64,000 bases of DNA, taken from positions 19,100-83,099 of the forward strand of contig NSIL01000003.1 of assembly GCA_002737365.1 (NCBI GenBank), given 5' to 3'. The position numbers and the translations under genes are program-made. The notes beneath the pieces are model-generated. The model was not told the DNA's origin, did not search any database, and saw nothing but the letters and a program-made list of their open reading frames with translations. Every line of letters starts with the position of its first letter. Position 1 is the first letter of the stretch. This DNA comes from Acidobacterium sp. (GTDB lineage Bacteria; Acidobacteriota; Vicinamibacteria; Vicinamibacterales; UBA2999). Positions 51,297 through 57,987 of this stretch are shown here, one piece after another.

Positions 51297-53423
51297 TTAA
51301 AACACTTTTCGGCTCTCGAGGTTCGCCTCGATCTCCGCCTTGGTACGCCACATCGGCCGCATTTCCTTGCGCGAGGCGAGCGGTAACTGATCGTCGATGT
51401 GCTTGGAGCCCTTCTTCGACCAGTTGCCGTAGTTGAGCAGCACCTCGCCGCGCTGCGGCACCGAGTACTCGATAACCGCATAGAACGTGTCGCCCTGCAC
51501 TGCCTCGACCTTGCCGTCCTTGAACGGGCTGACGCCGATCGTGCGAATGGCCCCGAGCTGCGACGGCGCGCCGTTGCCGGGAAGGTCGATGTTGCCGCGG
51601 CGGAAGCGCATCACGTCGCCCCACTTCACCGCCAACGACCCATATTCTTTTTCGACTTCGCCAGCCACCCGGTCGAGCGCGGCCATCGCTTTGATTGGGT
51701 CCTTGAAGCCGCGCGGCGTCTCGAGCGGACGCGCGTCGTCTGTGGGCACCTTGAAGCCGCCGATGTCACCAAACGCCGGCCCGGCAGCCGTCATGAACTT
51801 GTAGAACAGCAGCATGCCGTCGCTGTCCACTTCAGCCTGACGGTCCCACTTGGCCAGCACGTCGGCGGCGCGCCTGGCGCGCGCGGTGCCACGAGCCTTG
51901 GCGGTGGCCACGATCTCGTCCACGAACTGGTCAGCCGTCTCGACTCGCGTCGACAGCTTGCCCTGCTTCACGTCCTCGAAGGTGATCTTCTCGGGCATCG
52001 TGCTGAGAATGCGGATGCCGCGCTGCGCGCGCTGCGTGATGCCCTGCGGCGCGGCGAACCCGGCGGCGAACCTGGCCGGGTCGAGGGTCATCGGATACGT
52101 GGAGGTCCACGGCATGTCGTTCGAGTTCTGCACCCAGCCCTGCGGCGGGTCGATGACCTTCGGAATCTCGTCGTAAGGCACGATCTCGGTGCCGATGAGC
52201 TCCGACTTGTCGCCGGGCACGACGCCTTGCCAGAAGCGGTAGTCGCCGGTCGGGTGCTTCCACAGCGTCGCGTTGTAGACGTAGGCGATGTGGCCATCGC
52301 GGTCGGCGTAGGCGGTGTGGAAGAGCGGTAGTTGGTGCATGCGCATGGCCGCGTCCCACTCGGTGAAGTTTTTCGCCAGGCCCATGCGCCAGAACTGCTC
52401 GAACATCCTGGGGCGGTCCAGGGCGGCCACGCGCATCGCGATCGGCGCGCCGCCGCGTTCGGCCACCACCGGCCCGTGCTCGCTGCGCCTCACGGTCAGC
52501 ATCTCATCCTTGGTCGTGCCGTCGGACTGCCGCACCTTGATGGTCTCGGTATGGGTGTCGAACTGCCTGACCTGGCCGTCGAGCAGGTAGCCGCCGTCTT
52601 TCAGGACCAGCTTGTAGAGGTCTGATTGCGAGGGATTGTTGGTGGTCTGCGTCCAGCCGACGTACTCGGTGAAACACTGGCGCAGCACCGGGAAGCCGAC
52701 CCATACGGCGCCGTAGGAGGTGACGCCGGGCGCGGTAAGCTGCACCTCGAAGTAAGTGTGGATATCGCCCCACTGAAGGTGCGAGTTGCTCATCAGCAGC
52801 GCCTTGCCGGTGGCCGAGCGGGCCGGGGCGATGGCCCATTCGTTCGAGCCGTGGACGTCCTGTTCCCAGCGCGCCAGCCGGGTTTCGAGTCGGCGCGGGC
52901 TCACGACCCAGTCGTAGTGGATGACGCGCAGGCCGTGAGCATAGACGTCCTCGACTGTGATCGGTAGCACGCCGTTGGCTTCGGCGCTGATCTCGGCCTT
53001 GTGCTCCTCTGCCCACGCGTTCAAGCCTTTGGCAAAGGCGGCGATGAGCAAAGCGAATTCCGGACTCTGCCCCGCCGCCCACTGCTTCGCCGTCGCTGGC
53101 AGGCCGTTAGTGCGCACCCAGCGGTCGGAATCGAGATATTGCTCGCCGTAGAACTCGGCGCCGCGGCCGCGCGCCTGCGCGTAGAGGCGAATCAGCAGCT
53201 CGCTGTGAGCCTCCATCTGGGCGTAGCCGTAGGCCCGAAACAGGCTCGGATGGTCGGGCGCGAAGATGTGCGGGACGCCGTACTTGTCCCACAGGACCTC
53301 TGTGCCCGTCGCCGCGGCATTCTGCGCGTCCGGCGCCGGCTTGCAGGCGCCCAGAACCAGCGCGGCGACAACCAGGACCGACAGGCACGACGAGCGAACG
53401 AGACGGCCGTTAATGCGGGTCAT
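51297..53423 (-). CDS. Ntn-hydrolase of the penicillin/cephalosporin/AHL acylase family (peptidase S45), lipoprotein signal
   Basis: LVLGAC lipobox. VLWDKYGVPHIFA alpha-subunit start. GSNEWAIAP, the nucleophile Ser after the autoproteolytic site. GGAG RBS. Confidence 0.88.
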   Translation of the reverse strand: MTRINGRLVRSSCLSVLVVAALVLGACKPAPDAQNAAATGTEVLWDKYGVPHIFAPDHPSLFRAYGYAQMEAHSELLIRLYAQARGRGAEFYGEQYLDSDRWVRTNGLPATAKQWAAGQSPEFALLIAAFAKGLNAWAEEHKAEISAEANGVLPITVEDVYAHGLRVIHYDWVVSPRRLETRLARWEQDVHGSNEWAIAPARSATGKALLMSNSHLQWGDIHTYFEVQLTAPGVTSYGAVWVGFPVLRQCFTEYVGWTQTTNNPSQSDLYKLVLKDGGYLLDGQVRQFDTHTETIKVRQSDGTTKDEMLTVRRSEHGPVVAERGGAPIAMRVAALDRPRMFEQFWRMGLAKNFTEWDAAMRMHQLPLFHTAYADRDGHIAYVYNATLWKHPTGDYRFWQGVVPGDKSELIGTEIVPYDEIPKVIDPPQGWVQNSNDMPWTSTYPMTLDPARFAAGFAAPQGITQRAQRGIRILSTMPEKITFEDVKQGKLSTRVETADQFVDEIVATAKARGTARARRAADVLAKWDRQAEVDSDGMLLFYKFMTAAGPAFGDIGGFKVPTDDARPLETPRGFKDPIKAMAALDRVAGEVEKEYGSLAVKWGDVMRFRRGNIDLPGNGAPSQLGAIRTIGVSPFKDGKVEAVQGDTFYAVIEYSVPQRGEVLLNYGNWSKKGSKHIDDQLPLASRKEMRPMWRTKAEIEANLESRKVF

Positions 53424-53459
53424 GGGATCACTCCGTGGCGGATGGTGACGCGTCGGGTC

Positions 53460-54620
53460 CTAGGAAATCATCACCTTGCGCGGATGCTGCGAGTTGTCCT
53501 CGAGGAAGGTCTTCTTGTTCGCGAGCTCGGCTTCGGTCGGCTGCACCTTGCCGGTGGCATCGGTGACTCGCGACATCACGGTGTGCTCGCCGGCGCTGGC
53601 GCCGTTCCAGGTGTAGTTGTAGAGCTTCCAGCCGTACTTCGCCGTCGTCGAGGGGTCGGCAGTCGCCATCTGCCATGGGCCGTCGTCGATCTTTACCTCG
53701 ACCGATTTGATCGCAGTGCCGTCGTTCAGCACAATCGACGTGATCTTGTGAGCGTTGCCGTTCTTGGTGACGCGGGCGACGAACGACTTGAGCTGCAGGT
53801 GGGTGATCGCGCTCTCGACCCACTTCATCTCGCCGTTGATCATCTCGCCCTTGAGCGTGCGATACCAGTTCGCCTGGAACTTGCCGAGATAGGGATCCGC
53901 CTGTGCGACGATTTCCGACAGCCACTTGACGTTGGGAGCGCCGTACCAGCCCGGCATGAGCAAGCGCAGCGGCGCGCCCTGATGCTTGGTCAGTGGCGCA
54001 CCGTTCAACGCGAAGGCCAGGAACGGCTCGGGCGACAACGCGCGGTCGCGCTGGATGCTGCGGCCGTACTGCTGCTCGACATCGAAGTTGGTGCCGCGGA
54101 AGTTGACGGTCTCCTTGCCACGGTCGGCGCCGAAGAACACAATCTCGCGCGCATCGGGATTGAGGCCGGCACTTTCCAGCACGGTCTTGAGCGGCACGCC
54201 GGTCCAGCGGCCGTTGCCGACCAGGCCCTGCACCGGACGACGATTGCCGGAACACTCGAAGCCGGCGACGAGCTCGGTGCTGCCCATCTTGCGCAGCTCG
54301 TCGATGGTCAACGCCTTCGGCGTCTTGACGAGGCCGCCGACCTTCAGGCGATACGCGGCCTGATCGATTTCGGGATGGCCGTAGTGCTGCGTGGTGAAGA
54401 ACTGATCGGGTGGCGTGAAGGCGCCGCTCAACGTGTGCGTGTCGAACAGGCGTCGATCGACGGCCGGGGCCGGGTTGAAAGTGGGCGGGAACTCGGTGAA
54501 CCGCATCACCGTTTCGCCCTGCGCCAGCGCCGGCAGCACCCAGTCAAAGTTGCTCGCCGCGCCCAGCGCCGCCATGGCCAACCCGGTCTTCATCACGTCA
54601 CGACGGTTCATCTCGCTCAT
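53460..54620 (-). CDS. Sulfite-oxidase-family molybdopterin oxidoreductase, Tat signal
   Basis: MNRRDVMKTGLAMAALGAA twin-Arg signal, FECSGN (Mo-ligand Cys), APLRLLMPGWYG..NVKWL, C-terminal Ig-like dimerisation region. Confidence 0.85.
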   Translation of the reverse strand: MSEMNRRDVMKTGLAMAALGAASNFDWVLPALAQGETVMRFTEFPPTFNPAPAVDRRLFDTHTLSGAFTPPDQFFTTQHYGHPEIDQAAYRLKVGGLVKTPKALTIDELRKMGSTELVAGFECSGNRRPVQGLVGNGRWTGVPLKTVLESAGLNPDAREIVFFGADRGKETVNFRGTNFDVEQQYGRSIQRDRALSPEPFLAFALNGAPLTKHQGAPLRLLMPGWYGAPNVKWLSEIVAQADPYLGKFQANWYRTLKGEMINGEMKWVESAITHLQLKSFVARVTKNGNAHKITSIVLNDGTAIKSVEVKIDDGPWQMATADPSTTAKYGWKLYNYTWNGASAGEHTVMSRVTDATGKVQPTEAELANKKTFLEDNSQHPRKVMIS

Positions 54621-54634
54621 TGGGGGGGGATCCT

Positions 54635-56479
54635 TTAACAGGTGACGCAGCGGTTGTTGTTTTTCGAGCCGAGCTTCATCAGCAACGTGATGGTCTCCGG
54701 GATGGCCGACAGCCGCTGCACCGGACCGTTGGCCATGTCGGCGGTGGTCTGGCCGCTGCGCGCGACCGCCGTCACGTCGGCGCCCTTGCTGACGAGATAC
54801 ATGATCATCTCGTTGTCACCGCGGGCGGCGGCGTGGTGAAGTGGCGTGTAGCCGTCGTTGTCGCGGTGATTGACGTCGGCGCCCAGTTCTTCAACCAGGT
54901 ACTCGACCGCCGCCAGCCAGGCTTCGGGGGCGTGGCGATGGGCGTTGCCGGCAAAGCCTTCGCCGTACTCCACCCCGGTCGCGGCGTGGATCGCGAACGC
55001 GCCCGGACCGCCGTAGGCAATCACCGGTGCGTCGTACTTGCGCATGTCCTTGTCGGCGGTCGGCATGATCGCGCCGCCAGCGCCCTGCGGCTGTCCGCCG
55101 CCCGGGAAGTCGCCGCCGCGGCGAATCTGCTGGCGCGGCGCCGTGGTCGGAATGTTCGGGTCGGCGCCGTAGGCGACCAGCAGCTTCATGGCCATCACGT
55201 CGACGCCGTAGGCGGCACGCCAGAAGGCGGTCGAGCCCGAGGTGTCGGCCAGGCCGCAGTTGCGGTTGCCGCAGCCGGTGTAGACCAGGTACCACGGGTG
55301 CGAGCCAATGCGGTGGTTCGGGTCGGCACCCTTGTCAAGCAGCGCCTGCATCACGTCGAGATAGGTCGCCTTCTGCAGCTCCATCTCCTGCGGCTGCGGA
55401 AAGCGCGTGCGCGGTTGCCAGGGCACGTTCGCGGCGGCCCACAGCGGCGAGACGCCGTTGTTGCTGGCAATCAGGTTGGTGTTGGCGCTGCGCTTGAGCA
55501 GCACCATCGACAGGTCGAACTGGCCGTTGATGATCGCGGTCAGCAGCGCCGTGGTGCCATCGCCGGCATTCTGCTGATCGATCTTCGCGCCGCCATCGAG
55601 CAACGCTTCGGCGGCTTCGATGTAGCCCTGGCGCGCGGTGTGCAACAGCGCGGTCATGCCGCCCTTGGTCGCGACCGGCGGGTTGATCTCATCAGGATTG
55701 AAATTCTGGCGCGGGTTGTTGGCATCGGCCGGATCAGGCGGCGGAATCTTGCCCGAGCGCACGATCTCGCGGCCGGCCTGGATGGCTGACTGCATCTGGC
55801 TTGGCGACGCGTTGCCTTCCTGATCCTTGCCGACAAATGTGGCGAGCACCTTGCGCTGACGATCCGCGGCGGCGCGGTCGAGGGCGCTGGACTTGGGGAC
55901 GTCGATGACCTTGGTGGTGATCGCTGCGTCGGCGCCGCGCGCGATGAGGGCCTTGATGGCGGCGACCCGGTTGAGGGCGGCGGCGAAAATCAGTGGGGTC
56001 TGGCCGGCTTCGGCTTCTTTCGCGTTGACGTCGGCCCTGGCATCGACGAGCAGGTTGATGACGTCGGCGCTGCCGGCCGACGCGGCCATATGCAGTGCCG
56101 TCACGCCGCTGGTGGTCGAGCGGGCGTTGACGTCGGCGCCGGCCTTGAGCAGCGCCTTGGCCAGCGGCACGCTGCCCGACTTGCCGGCGAGATGCAGCGG
56201 CGTGTATTGCCCGATGCGGGTCACGGCGGCGATGTTGGCGCCGGCATAGATCAGCATGTCGGTCAGCTCGGCGTCGCCACGTTCGGCGGCCCAGTGCAAC
56301 GCGCTCATGCCGTCGCCCTGCGCGCCGTTGACATCGGCGCCCTGCTTGAGCAACTCGCGGACAGCGGCCTTGTCGCCGCGCATCGCCGCATCGGCGACCG
56401 GCGAGACCTGCTGCTGAGCGCCAAGCGCGGCAGTCAGCACCAGCGCGACAATCAGATTAATGGAAACGTGACGCTTCAT
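54635..56479 (-). CDS. Exported ankyrin-repeat protein (614 aa)
   Basis: Start moved to ATG 56479 (AGGGAGAG RBS; MKRHVSINLIVALVLTAALGA signal). Many ANK units (MSALHWAAERGDAELTDMLIYAGANI, YTPLHLAGKSG, VTALHMAASAG, YTPLHHAAARGDNEMIMYLVSKGADV). Ends in CVTC. Confidence 0.85.
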   Translation of the reverse strand: MKRHVSINLIVALVLTAALGAQQQVSPVADAAMRGDKAAVRELLKQGADVNGAQGDGMSALHWAAERGDAELTDMLIYAGANIAAVTRIGQYTPLHLAGKSGSVPLAKALLKAGADVNARSTTSGVTALHMAASAGSADVINLLVDARADVNAKEAEAGQTPLIFAAALNRVAAIKALIARGADAAITTKVIDVPKSSALDRAAADRQRKVLATFVGKDQEGNASPSQMQSAIQAGREIVRSGKIPPPDPADANNPRQNFNPDEINPPVATKGGMTALLHTARQGYIEAAEALLDGGAKIDQQNAGDGTTALLTAIINGQFDLSMVLLKRSANTNLIASNNGVSPLWAAANVPWQPRTRFPQPQEMELQKATYLDVMQALLDKGADPNHRIGSHPWYLVYTGCGNRNCGLADTSGSTAFWRAAYGVDVMAMKLLVAYGADPNIPTTAPRQQIRRGGDFPGGGQPQGAGGAIMPTADKDMRKYDAPVIAYGGPGAFAIHAATGVEYGEGFAGNAHRHAPEAWLAAVEYLVEELGADVNHRDNDGYTPLHHAAARGDNEMIMYLVSKGADVTAVARSGQTTADMANGPVQRLSAIPETITLLMKLGSKNNNRCVTC

Positions 56480-56501
56480 TCGGCTCTCCCTGAACGAACT
56501 T

Positions 56502-56524
56502 GGGCGGCACATAAAGTGCCGCCC
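56502..56524. terminator. Perfect 9-bp GC-rich hairpin between DUF1552 and the ankyrin gene
   Basis: GGGCGGCAC-ataaa-GTGCCGCCC. No clear U-tract on the minus strand, so terminator function is uncertain. Confidence 0.4.
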
Positions 56525-56540
56525 TCCTGGCACGAATTTC

Positions 56541-56565
56541 CCGGACCCCGGACCCCGGACCCCGG
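56541..56565. repeat. 7-bp tandem repeat CCGGACC x3.6
   Basis: ccggacc ccggacc ccggacc ccgg, read directly. Intergenic, just downstream of the DUF1552 stop. Confidence 0.9.
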
Positions 56566-56572
56566 GCTGTTA

Positions 56573-57985
56573 CTAAAGCGCGGCGGTCTGCGGCAGCGCC
56601 TGGGTGAGCGAGAGTTCACCCGTGCTGTCGCCGAAGTGATCCATCTCCATGCCAAGCGCGTGGCCCATGGTCAGGAACGCGTTGGCCATCGGCGTGTCGG
56701 CCGCGGCCTTGATGTGGAGGTTGCCCTTCAACGCGCCGTTGGCGTGGCCAAGAACGATCAGCGGACAGCGGCGGTGATTGTGCACGTTCGGGTCGGCCAT
56801 CGGTGAGCCCCACACGATCATCGACTTCTCGAGCAGGCTCTGGTCGCCATCCATCGACTCCTTGAGCTTGTCGAGCAGGTAGGTCACCTGGCTGATGCGG
56901 TACTTGCAGATCTTGTTGAACTCCAGAATCCGGTCTTCGCGGTCGCCGTGGTGCGACGCCGGGTGGAACGGCTGCAGCGAGCCGCTCTCGGGAAAGACGC
57001 GGTTCTGCGAGTCGCGGCCGGTCTTGAACGAGATGATGCGCGTCATGTCGGTCTCGAGTGCGAGGACCTGCAGGTCGAACATCAGCTTCATGTGTTCCGA
57101 GAACGAGTCGGGCACCCCGGCCGGCGCTTCCGGCAGCTCGCGATGTTCGCCGCTGGTGTTGCGCGCTTCAATCGCCTGGATGCGGCGTTCGATCTCGCGG
57201 ACGTTGTTCAGGTAGCGGTCGAGCCGGGTCTTGTCGCCGGTGCCGAGTTCCTTGCGCACCGTCGCCACTTCACCCTGAATCCAGTCGAGGATGCTGCGGC
57301 GCGACTGCCGGCGGGCGACGCGGTCGGCCGGCGAGCCGCCGGTGCCGAACAGCATGTCGAAGGCGACCCGCGGATCGCGAATCATCGGCAGCGGCTCGTT
57401 GGGCGACGCCCAGCTGATCGAATCGGTGTAGGCGCACGAGTAGTTGTAGGTGCAGCCGCCGGCCTGGTCGAGGTTCTCGATGCAGAACTGCATCGACGGC
57501 AGCGGCGTGCCCTGACCGAACTGCTGGGCGTAGAGCTGGTCGAACGAGGTGCCGGCCCAGATGTCCGAGCCCTGCGTCTGCTTGGGGTGCGCCTGGGTCA
57601 GGAACACCGCGCTCGAGCGGAAGTGGTCGCCGCCGATTTCCGGGGCGGTAAACGCCTCGGCCATCCGGACGTCGGTGTTGCTGACAATGGTCAGGTAGTC
57701 GCGATACGGCTCGAGCGAGCTGAGCGCGCTGTCGGCCGCCATCGTGAAGTCCTTACCCACCGCCTCGGGCGCGAACAGGTGCTTGGTGGCACCCCACTTG
57801 TTACAGCCGGCCAGGCCGTGGACCTCTTCGATGCAGATCAGGCGGGTGCGATCGGCCGCCGCGGGCGCGGCACCCATGCCCCTGGCGGCGACCATGGCAT
57901 CCAGGAACGGCAGCGCCACCGCAGCGCCCATGGCTCCCCGAATGAACGTGCGACGCGGCATGTGCTTACCAGTGAGGTACGACAT
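56573..57985 (-). CDS. DUF1552-family protein, Tat signal
   Basis: Track ORF 56573..58861 trimmed to ATG 57985 (MSYLTGKHMPRRTFIRGAMGAAVALPFL). The GGGAGA RBS sits inside the last codons of the upstream gene, with 2 bp between the genes. Confidence 0.8.
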   Translation of the reverse strand: MSYLTGKHMPRRTFIRGAMGAAVALPFLDAMVAARGMGAAPAAADRTRLICIEEVHGLAGCNKWGATKHLFAPEAVGKDFTMAADSALSSLEPYRDYLTIVSNTDVRMAEAFTAPEIGGDHFRSSAVFLTQAHPKQTQGSDIWAGTSFDQLYAQQFGQGTPLPSMQFCIENLDQAGGCTYNYSCAYTDSISWASPNEPLPMIRDPRVAFDMLFGTGGSPADRVARRQSRRSILDWIQGEVATVRKELGTGDKTRLDRYLNNVREIERRIQAIEARNTSGEHRELPEAPAGVPDSFSEHMKLMFDLQVLALETDMTRIISFKTGRDSQNRVFPESGSLQPFHPASHHGDREDRILEFNKICKYRISQVTYLLDKLKESMDGDQSLLEKSMIVWGSPMADPNVHNHRRCPLIVLGHANGALKGNLHIKAAADTPMANAFLTMGHALGMEMDHFGDSTGELSLTQALPQTAAL

Positions 57986-57987
57986 CG

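Noticed and set aside
53001-54638. 545-aa plus-strand ORF spanning the acylase and Mo-enzyme genes
   Set aside because: Antisense to two recognisable genes and crossing their intergenic gap. Low-complexity Arg/Gly/Ala composition. The same reasoning applies to 935..2320, 6222..7511, 17817..19067, 32248..33780, 43626..44765, 54620..55789, 56948..58093, 59101..60324 and 61168..62241.
56541-56565. Tandem repeat as a possible CRISPR or minisatellite array
   Set aside because: The unit is only 7 bp, with 3.6 copies, no spacers and no cas genes. It is a simple microsatellite.
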